A stretch of 64,000 bases of DNA from Candidatus Limnocylindria bacterium (GTDB lineage: Bacteria; Chloroflexota; Limnocylindria; P2-11E). The notes under the pieces are model-generated. The model saw only the letters and a list, made by a program, of their open reading frames with translations. It ran no database searches and had not been told where the DNA came from. The stretch's first letter is position 1. Each line of letters opens with the position of its first letter. The stretch is from NCBI GenBank assembly GCA_038227105.1, contig JBBRQB010000002.1:7983-71982 (forward strand), in the 5' to 3' direction. The position numbers and the translations under genes were made by a program. Shown in pieces: positions 26,052-34,860 of this stretch.

Positions 26052-26170
26052 TCCCCTCGGAGCCCTCCTGCATTCGCCGGTGAGACGGATGCGGGCTGAT
26101 GGTCGTCCGTTCCGGTAACGACCACAAGTAGGACAGAGGTCCTACCCGCCGCCCCGCTAGCCTCAGCGGC

Positions 26171-27202
26171 ATGACCCTCCGCTCCGAGATCGCCGAGCAG
26201 CCTGCCGTCATCCAGCGGCTCCTCGAGGCCGGCTGGCCCGAGGCCCGGACGCTGTCCCGGCCGCTCGCGGCGGCGGAGCACCTGACGATCGCCGCCCGCG
26301 GCTCGTCCGACAACGCGGCCACCTACGGGAAGTACCTCTTCGAGAGCCTCGCCGGCATCGTCACGGCGCTCGCGGCGCCGTCGCTCGTGACGCGCTACCG
26401 CACGCCGCCGAGCTTCGCTCGGGGTGCCGTGATCGGGATCTCGCAATCCGGCGCGGCCCCCGACGTGGCGGCGGTCGTCGCCGAGGCGCGGGCGGTACGC
26501 GCGCCCACGATCGCCATCACCAACAGCGCGCGGAGCCTCCTCGCGCGCACCGCGCAGGAGACGTTCCTCCTGCGCGCGGGCGTCGAGCGTTCGATCGCCG
26601 CCACGAAGACGTACACGGCGACATGCGTCGCGCTCGCGCTCCTCGCGGCGAATGCCGCGGAGTCGCGCGGCCGCAGCGCCCTGTCGCTCGCGGGACTCGT
26701 TGACAGCGTGACCGAGGCCGAGGCGATGGAGCGGGACGCCGACCGCATCGCGCGCAAGATCGGGCGCGCCCGCACGATCGTCGTGCTCGGGCGCGGCTAC
26801 GAGTACGCGACCGCGCTCGAAGCGGCGTTGAAGGTGAAGGAGCTCGCCGGCGTGTGGGCCGAGCCATACTCGAGCGCGGACTTCGCGCACGGTCCGATCG
26901 CGCTGCTCGAGCCCGGGATCCCGGTCGTCCTCTTCGCGGCGCGTGGCGCCGCGAAGCACGAGGCACGCGCGATGGCACGGACGCTGAGCGGAAGGGGCGC
27001 GAAGGTCTACGCGGTGACGAACGATGCGGGGGTCGCCGAGCTGGCCGACGATGCGGTGCTGCTGCGCTCGCCGCTGTCGGAGGCGCTGACCCCGATCAGC
27101 TTCGCCGTCGTGGCGCAGCTCGTCGCGCTGTCGCTCGCGCGCCGGCGCGGCCGCGACGTGGAGCGCCCGCGCGGGCTTTCGAAGGTGACCCGGACGCGCT
27201 AG
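26171..27202 (+). CDS. Tandem SIS-domain sugar-phosphate isomerase/deglycase (GlmS C-terminal / AgaS / FrlB-like)
   Basis: ORF track 343 aa: HLTIAARGSSDNAATYGKYLFE...GISQSGAAPD (SIS 1)...IVVLGRGYEYATALEAALKVKEL...ADFAHGP (SIS 2). C-terminus DVERPRGLSKVTRTR resembles the GlmS end. Confidence 0.8.
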   Translation: MTLRSEIAEQPAVIQRLLEAGWPEARTLSRPLAAAEHLTIAARGSSDNAATYGKYLFESLAGIVTALAAPSLVTRYRTPPSFARGAVIGISQSGAAPDVAAVVAEARAVRAPTIAITNSARSLLARTAQETFLLRAGVERSIAATKTYTATCVALALLAANAAESRGRSALSLAGLVDSVTEAEAMERDADRIARKIGRARTIVVLGRGYEYATALEAALKVKELAGVWAEPYSSADFAHGPIALLEPGIPVVLFAARGAAKHEARAMARTLSGRGAKVYAVTNDAGVAELADDAVLLRSPLSEALTPISFAVVAQLVALSLARRRGRDVERPRGLSKVTRTR

Positions 27203-27548
27203 CGCGCGCCTTCGTTTTCCGCACCGGTTTGGTCGCGTCCTTGGATGACGTGCGCGCGGCGGCGGCTTTGCCGCCGCCGCGCGAAGCCCCTTCGACGACG
27301 AAGTCGACCCGGAGCTCGTAGCCGTAGACCGTCGCAAGACGGGCCAGCGAGCGGAGTGACGGCAGGTAGCGGGGATCTTCCATGCGGCGCAGCTGCGTTT
27401 GTGAGGTCCCGAGCTTGCGCGCGGCGGCACGCTCCGAGAGCCCGGCCGAGCGCCGGAGCTCGCTCACCGAGCGCGCGACGGCGCTCGCGAGTGGATCGGA
27501 CGGCACCTGCACCGTCGCCTGGGCTGCGTCGCGCTGTGTGTCCCGCAC
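27096..27548 (-). CDS. XRE-family HTH regulator with Lys/Ala/Arg-rich C-terminal tail
   Basis: ORF track 150 aa: LRRSAGLSERAAARKLGTSQTQLRRMEDPRYLPSLRSLARLATVYGYEL (HTH_XRE) then GGGKAAAARTSSKDATKPVRKTKARASASGSPSKARAGAPRRGRAG... The tail is antisense to the last ~107 bp of the SIS gene. Confidence 0.55.
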   Translation of the reverse strand: MRDTQRDAAQATVQVPSDPLASAVARSVSELRRSAGLSERAAARKLGTSQTQLRRMEDPRYLPSLRSLARLATVYGYELRVDFVVEGASRGGGKAAAARTSSKDATKPVRKTKARASASGSPSKARAGAPRRGRAGARATARRAAPRRRS

Positions 27549-27620
27549 CCGTAGATGGTATCGGCCAGCGGATGCACTGCGTACATAGGACGAACGTACT
27601 GTGGACGACGTTCGGAGTCG

Positions 27621-28559
27621 TTACCGATCCGCTTCCGCCGCGAACGCGTCGATCACGTCGCGCTTGTCCGGGTCGTAGGCGAACAGGATGACGCCCTCAC
27701 AGCCGGCGTCCCGCGCCGCGCGCACCTGCTCGCGCACCAGATCGCGTTTTCCGGCGTACGCCATCAACCCGCCCCACATCGCGGTCGCCGGCGCGCTGTC
27801 TCGTGCGGCGCCAAGGAGCCGGCGCACCTCGGCGGTATCGGTCCGGTACGCCATCGGGCAGACCAGGTCGATGAGCCGTTCGGCCGCCCAGTCCGGCCAG
27901 CGCTGGAGCACGCGGTCCCGGGCCACCGGCGGATCGGGGAAGACCGCGGCCGAGATCACGATGCCGGGCCGGGCGGCGCGCACGCGTCGCGTCGTCTCGC
28001 GCACGAGCTCCGTGATCGCGGCGTGATCGCCGGGCGACGCCGCGTACGTCACCTGCGGGTAGCGGATGTAGTCGTGATGGAAGCCCTCGACGGGATAGCG
28101 CGTCACGATGTCCTCGAACACCGCGATCGTGTGGGCCCGCGCCGCTGCGTTCGTCGGGTCGATGTAGATGCCCTCCCAGTCCGAGCCGCCTGCGGGATCG
28201 AGGTACGTCACGCCGTCCGGCCGGAGCAGCCAGTCCGGATGCGCGTTGACGATGTGGCGACGAGAGCGTGGCAGCGCCTTTTCGGGGCTGGACCAGACGA
28301 AGGTGCCGTTCGCCCAGGCGTGGATCCGCACGCCGACGACCGCGCCGCCGCGCACGAGGTGCGCGAGTGGATCGAGCGTCGGATCCGCGAGGCCCTCCGC
28401 CCGCGGCTCGAGCTCGCTCGTGTAATAAGAGTCGCCGCGGCCGCGCACCTGCACGACGAGGTCGCGGATGTTCCAGCCGACGCTCTGGGCGAGCAGGTCT
28501 TCGATCGCCTCCCGCGTCGTGATGCGGTCGCGCACCACCCAGAGCGCCTTCGTCAGCAT
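27621..28559 (-). CDS. Glycoside-hydrolase-like family 10 (GHL10/DUF4015) TIM-barrel protein
   Basis: ORF track 312 aa: ...GVRIHAWANGTFVWSS...EGFHHDYIRYP...DLVCPMAY..., a GHL10-type pattern. Confidence 0.6.
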   Translation of the reverse strand: MLTKALWVVRDRITTREAIEDLLAQSVGWNIRDLVVQVRGRGDSYYTSELEPRAEGLADPTLDPLAHLVRGGAVVGVRIHAWANGTFVWSSPEKALPRSRRHIVNAHPDWLLRPDGVTYLDPAGGSDWEGIYIDPTNAAARAHTIAVFEDIVTRYPVEGFHHDYIRYPQVTYAASPGDHAAITELVRETTRRVRAARPGIVISAAVFPDPPVARDRVLQRWPDWAAERLIDLVCPMAYRTDTAEVRRLLGAARDSAPATAMWGGLMAYAGKRDLVREQVRAARDAGCEGVILFAYDPDKRDVIDAFAAEADR

Positions 28560-29323
28560 CAGGCGAGGTCCCGATACGTCGCGAGCCGGATGCCGTTCCG
28601 CTCGATGGCCGCGCGGATCTTCCGATCAGTGAGGGTCGCGAGCTCCGTCACGCGCAGCGCTGCATACGCCGACGAGCGCTCGAGCTCCGCGTCCGGCTCG
28701 CCGGGGTGACAACCGAGCTCGGTCACGCCATCGCCGATGCCGGCGAGGATGCGCTCGAGCGTCGCGACGTCGACGTGCCCGTCGTGCTGGAAGTCGCGGC
28801 GGTAGTGGTCGACGGTCGTCACGCCCGCCGCGCGAAGCCGGTCGCGCTGCGCGTCGTCGTGCGGCCGCACCGCGGCGCCGGTCTCCTGCGCGAGCGAAGC
28901 GATCGCCCACTCAAGGTCGGGCTCGTCGTGGAGCCAGTGATGCGTGTCGAGGTGTGTCGGCGCCCGACCGATCAGCTCGGCCGCGCGGGCGTGTTGCGCG
29001 CGGTACTCGATGAGCGCCTCGTCGCGCTGTGCGCGGCCCGTCCCCAGGAACGCGGCGGGCAGTCGCGGGAACGAGCCGTCGGGCTCGACGAGCGAGGGGA
29101 TGCGCTTCGGGTCCGTGACCGGTCGCGCGTAGGTCAGCGTCAGGTGCACGCCGACATCGAGCGAAGGTGTCGCGCGCGCGATGCGCGCGGCATCCTCGGC
29201 CGCGGGTGCGCTGACCATGATCGTCGTCGCGGTGACGATCCCGTCGCGGTGCGCGCGCAGCACGCCGGTGTTGATGCCCGTTGCGCGGCCGAAGTCATCG
29301 GCGTTGACGATGAGACGTTTCAT
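28559..29323 (-). CDS. ChbG/YdjC-family carbohydrate deacetylase
   Basis: ORF track frame 28559..29641, trimmed to ATG 29323. MKRLIVNADDFGRATGINTGVLRAHRDGIVTATTIMV...LDVGVHLTLT...THLDTHHWLH (YdjC metal-binding motifs). Confidence 0.8.
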   Translation of the reverse strand: MKRLIVNADDFGRATGINTGVLRAHRDGIVTATTIMVSAPAAEDAARIARATPSLDVGVHLTLTYARPVTDPKRIPSLVEPDGSFPRLPAAFLGTGRAQRDEALIEYRAQHARAAELIGRAPTHLDTHHWLHDEPDLEWAIASLAQETGAAVRPHDDAQRDRLRAAGVTTVDHYRRDFQHDGHVDVATLERILAGIGDGVTELGCHPGEPDAELERSSAYAALRVTELATLTDRKIRAAIERNGIRLATYRDLA

Positions 29324-30129
29324 GGCGCCTCGATCGCGCGCCTGACGCTCCACCCCGCGGACTCGAGCTTCGCGGTCGCGGCGTGCTCGTCGAGCCGGAG
29401 CTCGTCCTGGACCATCCGGACCGCGCGAGCGCGCAGCTTCGCGTTCGTCGGTCGCAGATCGATCATCAGATCGCCCTTGGTCCGGCCGGACCGGATCATC
29501 GCCGCGGTCGACAGCATGTTGAGCACGAGCTTCGTCGCGGTGCCCGCCTTGAGCCGGCTCGATCCGGCGAGCACCTCGGGACCGACATCGACGACGATCG
29601 GGATCTCGGTGACGGTCACGAGCGGCGATCCGGCGACGCACGTGATGCCCACTGTCGTCGCGCCAACGGCACCCGCGGCCCGCACCGCCGCGACGACGTA
29701 GCGTGCCGATCCGCCGGCGGAGATGCCCACGACGACGTCACCTGGTCTGGTCACGCGGACGACGTCGCGTTCGCCGGACAGCGGATCGTCCTCCGCGCCC
29801 TCGACGGACGTACGCAGAGCTTCGTCACCTCCCGCGATGATCCCCTCCACGAGGTCGGGCTCGACCCCGAACGTCGGTGGGGCCTCGCTCGCGTCCAGCA
29901 CGCCGAGCCGGCCGCTGGTCCCGGCGCCGACGTAGCGCAGCCGGCCGCCACGTGTGAACGCGGCAGCGATCGCGTCGGCCGCGCGCTCGATCGCGGGAAG
30001 CGCGAGGCGGACCGCGGCCGCGACGGTCGCGTCCTCGTCGTTCATGAGCTCGAGGATCTCGCGGCTCGACATCGTCGCGAGCATCGAGGCCCTCGGGTTG
30101 CGCGACTCGGTGCGCGGGACGCCGGTCAT
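29320..30129 (-). CDS. murQ: N-acetylmuramic acid 6-phosphate etherase
   Basis: ORF track 269 aa: TESRNPRASMLATMSSREILELMNDED...YVGAGTSGRLGVLDASE...SRLKAGTATKLVLNM follows the MurQ consensus throughout. Confidence 0.9.
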   Translation of the reverse strand: MTGVPRTESRNPRASMLATMSSREILELMNDEDATVAAAVRLALPAIERAADAIAAAFTRGGRLRYVGAGTSGRLGVLDASEAPPTFGVEPDLVEGIIAGGDEALRTSVEGAEDDPLSGERDVVRVTRPGDVVVGISAGGSARYVVAAVRAAGAVGATTVGITCVAGSPLVTVTEIPIVVDVGPEVLAGSSRLKAGTATKLVLNMLSTAAMIRSGRTKGDLMIDLRPTNAKLRARAVRMVQDELRLDEHAATAKLESAGWSVRRAIEAP

Positions 30130-31034
30130 GCAGCGCCCCAGGCGAGCTTCATCGCGAGCCGGGCGGCGCCCATCGCCGGCTCCTCGCCGACGGGCTCGAC
30201 CGCGGCGCGTGGGAGGACGCCGAGGAGCTCGAGCCGCACCGCCTTCTCGAGCGGCCGGACATTCTCGAATGCGCCACCGGCGAGGTACACCGGCCCGCCC
30301 TCGAGCAGGAGCGCACGCGCGACGGTGGCGGCCATCTCCGCGAGGTGCCGCGCGCCACGCTGGACGATGTTCACCGCGATCGCGTCGCCCTCGGCGTAGG
30401 CGCGGGCGACGGCGCGCGTGGCGGCCTGGATCGCGGGCGGCGGGTGCGGCTTTCCGTAGAGCAGCGGCAGCACGCCGTTGAAGTCCGCGGCGCCGAGATC
30501 CTCGAACAGGTGGCGCGTGATCCGCGTCGGCGAGCCCCGGCCGTCGTGGTCGTACGAGGCAGCGCGAAGGCCCTCGGCACCGAGCCAGAACGCGGAGCCC
30601 TCGTCACCGACGAGGTAGCCCCACCCACCGCAGCGGTCCTCCAGGCCCTGGTCATTGCGTCCGTAGGCGATGGACCCGGTGCCGGAGATGAGCACCACGC
30701 CGCATCCGGTCGGGTTGCCCGCGTAGAGCGCAGCGAGCGCGTCGTGGGTCACGTCCACCGCGACCTCCGGCCCAACGAGCCCGACGAGGATCGAGCGGCC
30801 CTTCGCGCGGTCCGCGTCCCGTTCGCCGCCGGAGCAGGAGAGGACGATCGCGTCGGGCTCGCGTCCCGCGAGCGCCTCCTGGAGCGCTGCCGCGATCGAG
30901 CCCTGCGGGTCCGGGCTCGACAGCAGGTTGCCGCCGCCGCCCGCGCCGCGACCGACGATCTCGCCGGCGCGCGTCACGGCGAAGGCGCGCGTCTTCGTGC
31001 CGCCTGCGTCGATACCAACGACGAGATCCTTCAT
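30126..31034 (-). CDS. BadF/BadG/BcrA/BcrD-type ATPase, probable N-acetylglucosamine (or MurNAc) kinase
   Basis: ORF track 302 aa: MKDLVVGIDAGGTKTRAFAV...LISGTGSIAYG...GGWGYLVGDEGSAFWLG (sugar-kinase/ASKHA motifs). Confidence 0.75.
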   Translation of the reverse strand: MKDLVVGIDAGGTKTRAFAVTRAGEIVGRGAGGGGNLLSSPDPQGSIAAALQEALAGREPDAIVLSCSGGERDADRAKGRSILVGLVGPEVAVDVTHDALAALYAGNPTGCGVVLISGTGSIAYGRNDQGLEDRCGGWGYLVGDEGSAFWLGAEGLRAASYDHDGRGSPTRITRHLFEDLGAADFNGVLPLLYGKPHPPPAIQAATRAVARAYAEGDAIAVNIVQRGARHLAEMAATVARALLLEGGPVYLAGGAFENVRPLEKAVRLELLGVLPRAAVEPVGEEPAMGAARLAMKLAWGAA

Positions 31035-31052
31035 GCCGCGAAGTATGGACGG

Positions 31053-32144
31053 CTAGGGCGCGTGGACGGATCCGGCGGAGACAGCGCGCGACGCGCCGGT
31101 GCACCGCGGCAGCGTGTTCGGCTCGCCGCGCAGCCGGTAGGCACCGAGGATCGCGAACGCGACCGCCTCGCGTGCCTCGGCCGGGATGCCGAGCTCGTCG
31201 GTCAGCCGGATGCGGAGCTTCGTGCGCGCGGCGAGGCGCTCGACGAGCGTCACATTGCGTGCGCCGCCACCGGCGATCACGAGCTCGCGCCACGGGCCTC
31301 CGTCGAGCGCGCGCGCGATGGATTCGACCGTGATCGCGGTCGCCGTGGCGATCGCGTCGTCGAGCGATCCGCCCGCGGCCTTCACGTCGGCGTGGAGCTG
31401 CTGCGCGAACGGCGCGCCGAACTCCTCGCGCCCGGTGGACTTTGGACCTGTGCGCGCGAAGTACGGATGGCCGAGCGCGCTCGCGAGCACCGCGGCGTTC
31501 GGCGTGCCGCGCCTCGCGGCCGCGCCGTCGCGATCGAGCTCGTTGCCGCCCTTGCGCGCGAGCTGGTCGATGACCATGTTCCCGGGGCCCGTGTCGAACG
31601 CGACGACGTCCGAGGCTGCGGCGGTCGGCAGCAGCGTGACGTTCGCGATGCCGCCGATGTTGAGGATCGCGCGCGGCGTGCCGTCGGCGAAGAGGAGGTG
31701 ATCGGCGAACGGGACGAGCGGCGCTCCCTGGCCGCCGAGCGCGACGTCGGCGCTGCGGAAATCGTCGATCGCCGGCACGCCCGTCTGCAGGGCGACGCGC
31801 GAGGCGTCGCCGATCTGCAGCGTCGCGTGCTCGGCGGGGAAGTGCGCGATGGTCTGCCCGTGGACCGCGATGGCTGTCGGCGTGCGCCCGATCAGGGCGA
31901 TGAGCTCACGCGCGATGGAGGCGTACGCGTCGCCGAGCGCGGCGTGGAGCGTCGCGATGTCATGCGCGGGCAGGGGCGCGCCCGAGCCCGCGGCGATGAT
32001 GCGGTAGCGCAGCGCGTCGGGATGGTCGCGCGCGACGTGGGCGAGCAGCCGGATCGCCGGCCGGGGCTGCTGATCACCGATCTCGATCGCCGCGGCGTCC
32101 ATGCCGTCGGCGGAGGTGCCGGACATGATGCCGATCGCGATCAC
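31053..32144 (-). CDS. anmK: Anhydro-N-acetylmuramic acid kinase
   Basis: ORF track frame 31053..32780, trimmed to GTG 32144 (overlaps the upstream gene's TGA as GTGA; alternative ATG 32126). VIAIGIMSGTSADGMDAAAIEI...FDTGPGNMVIDQLA...RELVIAGGGARN (AnmK motifs). Confidence 0.85.
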   Translation of the reverse strand: MIAIGIMSGTSADGMDAAAIEIGDQQPRPAIRLLAHVARDHPDALRYRIIAAGSGAPLPAHDIATLHAALGDAYASIARELIALIGRTPTAIAVHGQTIAHFPAEHATLQIGDASRVALQTGVPAIDDFRSADVALGGQGAPLVPFADHLLFADGTPRAILNIGGIANVTLLPTAAASDVVAFDTGPGNMVIDQLARKGGNELDRDGAAARRGTPNAAVLASALGHPYFARTGPKSTGREEFGAPFAQQLHADVKAAGGSLDDAIATATAITVESIARALDGGPWRELVIAGGGARNVTLVERLAARTKLRIRLTDELGIPAEAREAVAFAILGAYRLRGEPNTLPRCTGASRAVSAGSVHAP

Positions 32145-33106
32145 GATGCGGCCGCCTGGTGGACCGCGATGCGGAACTTGTACATCGCGTCGTCGTTCGC
32201 GCGGCCGAAGTACACCCGGTTCGTCAGCAGCACGACCGTGAGGTCCGTCGTCGGGTCGATCCACAGCGACGTACCGGTGAAACCGGTGTGGCCGTAGCTG
32301 TCGAGGCTCCAGCTGTCGCTCGTCATCGGTCCGTTCGGCGCGCGGAGCGCCAGCCCGAGACCGCGCCGCACGTTGTCGCCGCGCACGTGCTCCGCGCGTG
32401 ATCGCGCGGCGAGCGCGTTCCCGATGACCGCGCCGTCGCGATACACGCGCGCGATCGCCGCGACGTCGGCCGCCGTGCCGAAGAGACCGGCGTGGCCGGC
32501 GATCCCGCCCATCGCGTGGGCATTCTCGTCGTGCACGCTTCCGCGGATGCGCCCGCGGCCGAGCGTCACGTCGAGCTCCGTCGCGACGCAGGCGAGCGGG
32601 TCGCGCGGACGGTAGGCGAGCGTCTCGGCCTCGAGCGGGCCGATCACGCGCTCCGTCACGAGCGTGTCGAACGGGGCGCCGCCGGCCCGGGCGAGCCCGG
32701 CGGTCAGCATGATGAAGCCGAGATCGCTGTACCTGTACGTTCCGAGGTCCTGCGCGAGCGGCTCCTGCGCGGCACGCCACGCCGCCTCGTCGATCGAGCG
32801 GACCTCCTCATGCAGGGGGAGCCACCATCTGAGGCCTGCCGTGTGGGTCAGGACGTGGAACAGCGTGACGTCGTCCTTGCGCCCGCCGTGGAAATCGGGC
32901 ACGAGCTCGCGGAAAGGCGTCTCGAGCGTGAGCTCGCGCTCGCGCACCAGCGACAGCAGCAGCGCCGTCGTCGAGAGCTTCGTCAGCGACGCGAGATCGA
33001 AGATCGCGGCGGGCGTGCACGGCGCATCAGCCCCCGCGGTGTCGTCCGGGCAGAGGGTCCCGGCGGCGTACGTCTCGGCGTTGCCCTTCCGCTCGACGCG
33101 CACCAC
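32141..33106 (-). CDS. Beta-lactamase-fold serine hydrolase (class C / esterase-like)
   Basis: ORF track 321 aa: AAIFDLASLTKLSTTALLL (SxxK)...YSDLGFIML (YxN-like)...GHTGFTGTSLWIDP (KTG-like HTG). Confidence 0.75.
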   Translation of the reverse strand: MVRVERKGNAETYAAGTLCPDDTAGADAPCTPAAIFDLASLTKLSTTALLLSLVRERELTLETPFRELVPDFHGGRKDDVTLFHVLTHTAGLRWWLPLHEEVRSIDEAAWRAAQEPLAQDLGTYRYSDLGFIMLTAGLARAGGAPFDTLVTERVIGPLEAETLAYRPRDPLACVATELDVTLGRGRIRGSVHDENAHAMGGIAGHAGLFGTAADVAAIARVYRDGAVIGNALAARSRAEHVRGDNVRRGLGLALRAPNGPMTSDSWSLDSYGHTGFTGTSLWIDPTTDLTVVLLTNRVYFGRANDDAMYKFRIAVHQAAAS

Positions 33107-33165
33107 GCACGCGGTGAAGAGCGTGCCCGCGGCCGCGTCGACGACCGCCTTGACCGTGTCGAGGC

Positions 33166-34860
33166 TCAGAGGTTCTTCATCCCGTCACCGATACGGTAGA
33201 CACCTGGCACCTCGACCGGCAGCGTGCCCGACGGCGCGCGCGCTCCGGACAGGACATCGGCGAGCGCGCGAAGGGTCGGCTCGCGGCCCGTGTACGCGCA
33301 GACGTAGCCGCTGACGCCCGGAGCGCTCAGGATGTCGTACGGCGAGCGAAGCGACACGAGCACCGTCGGCCTCACAGCCTGGAGCGCCTTGGCGAGTGCC
33401 GCCTGCTGCGGATACGAGAAGAGGTCCGCCGACCCGAGTACGGCGACGTCGGCGGCGCGTGCGCTCGCGACGGCGCGGTCGATGTCCGCCTGCGTCGGCG
33501 CGAGCGTGATCGTCTGCGCGGTGACGTTCGGCAGGCGCTGCGCGAGCACCGCGCCGAGCGTCGGCTGATCGGTCACGAGTGCGATGTCGGGGTTCTGCGG
33601 CGACGCGACGAAGATGCGGCCGCGGAGCGGCAGGCCACCGGCGCGGAGCACCGTGATCGACAGGCGCGCGAGCTCGTCGGCAGTCGCGCGGTCCGCGTCG
33701 CCGCCTGCGGTGCCCGTCGACGCGGCAGCGTCGAGGATGCCGAACTGCTCCTTGAGCGCGAGGATGCGCGCGACCGACTGGCCCGACCGCGCGAGCAGCG
33801 GGGCATCGGCCGTGATGCCCCGGGTCAGCTTGTCGTGCGCGTCGGTCTGCGCCGACTCGTCGAAGCGGAACAGCAGGAAGTCCGCGCCCGCAACGAACGC
33901 GTCATAGCCCGCCTGTGCCTCGCTGCGCGTCTGGGTCAGCGCGCCCATCTCGAGATCGTCGGTCACGAGCAGTCCGGTGAAGCCGAGCTCGGTCCGAACG
34001 AGGTCGGTCATCACGCGCCGTGACAGCGTCACCGGCAGGTCCGGCGCCGGATCGAGTGCCGGGATCCGGATGTGCGCGCTCATGATCGCGGGCGTTCCCG
34101 CGGCGATCGCCGCTTTGAACGGGACGAGCTCCACGGCATCGAGCCGCGCGCGAGTCACGTCGAGAAGCGGCAGACCGGTGTGCGAGTCGGTGGTGGTCGC
34201 ACCGTGACCGGGGAAGTGCTTCACGCACGACAGCAGCTTCGCGTCGATGAACGCCTGCGTCGCGACGCGGACGAGCGCGGCGACGCGCTGCGGATCCGAC
34301 CCGAACGAGCGGTTGAGGATGATCGGATTGCGCGGCTCGTTGTTCACGTCGGCGTCGGGCGCGAGCTCGAAGTTCACGCCGAGCGCGCGGAGGTCCCGCG
34401 CCGTGATGGCGGCGGCCTTGCGCACGCTGTCCGCCGGATCCGGCGTGGCTGCGAGGGCCATGTTGCCCGGCAGTACCGTGGCGCCCCTGCTGATGCGCAC
34501 CACCGCGCCGCCTTCCTGGTCGATCGAGAAGAACAACGGGACGGTCTTCGCCTCGGCCGCGATGCGCGAGAGCTCCGCGACGAGCGTCTTGAGCTTCGCC
34601 GCGTCGCCGTCGAAGTTCTCCGAATACAGGATGAACCCGCCGACGCCGCGGCCACGGATCATCGCCTCGAGCGCAGGTGTGATCTTGGTGCCGTGGAATG
34701 CCACGCTCATCATCTGGCCCGCGCGCGCGGCGATGGACATCGATGCGAGGAGCATGTCTACCCGCGATGCGTTGATGGTGCCGAGCGGCATGGTGCGGTC
34801 CGGTGCGCACGCCGCGACAGCCGCCCCGGCTGCTGACAGGAGAAGCCGGCGCCGGTTCAC
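33166..34860 (-). CDS. nagZ: Glycoside hydrolase family 3 beta-N-acetylhexosaminidase (NagZ-like), exported lipoprotein type
   Basis: ORF track 564 aa: MNRRRLLLSAAGAAVAAC (Tat/lipobox-like), then FSIDQEGGAVVRI...KHFPGHGATTTDSHTGLP...LLVTDDLEMGAL (GH3 N-domain motifs). Confidence 0.85.
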   Translation of the reverse strand: MNRRRLLLSAAGAAVAACAPDRTMPLGTINASRVDMLLASMSIAARAGQMMSVAFHGTKITPALEAMIRGRGVGGFILYSENFDGDAAKLKTLVAELSRIAAEAKTVPLFFSIDQEGGAVVRISRGATVLPGNMALAATPDPADSVRKAAAITARDLRALGVNFELAPDADVNNEPRNPIILNRSFGSDPQRVAALVRVATQAFIDAKLLSCVKHFPGHGATTTDSHTGLPLLDVTRARLDAVELVPFKAAIAAGTPAIMSAHIRIPALDPAPDLPVTLSRRVMTDLVRTELGFTGLLVTDDLEMGALTQTRSEAQAGYDAFVAGADFLLFRFDESAQTDAHDKLTRGITADAPLLARSGQSVARILALKEQFGILDAAASTGTAGGDADRATADELARLSITVLRAGGLPLRGRIFVASPQNPDIALVTDQPTLGAVLAQRLPNVTAQTITLAPTQADIDRAVASARAADVAVLGSADLFSYPQQAALAKALQAVRPTVLVSLRSPYDILSAPGVSGYVCAYTGREPTLRALADVLSGARAPSGTLPVEVPGVYRIGDGMKNL

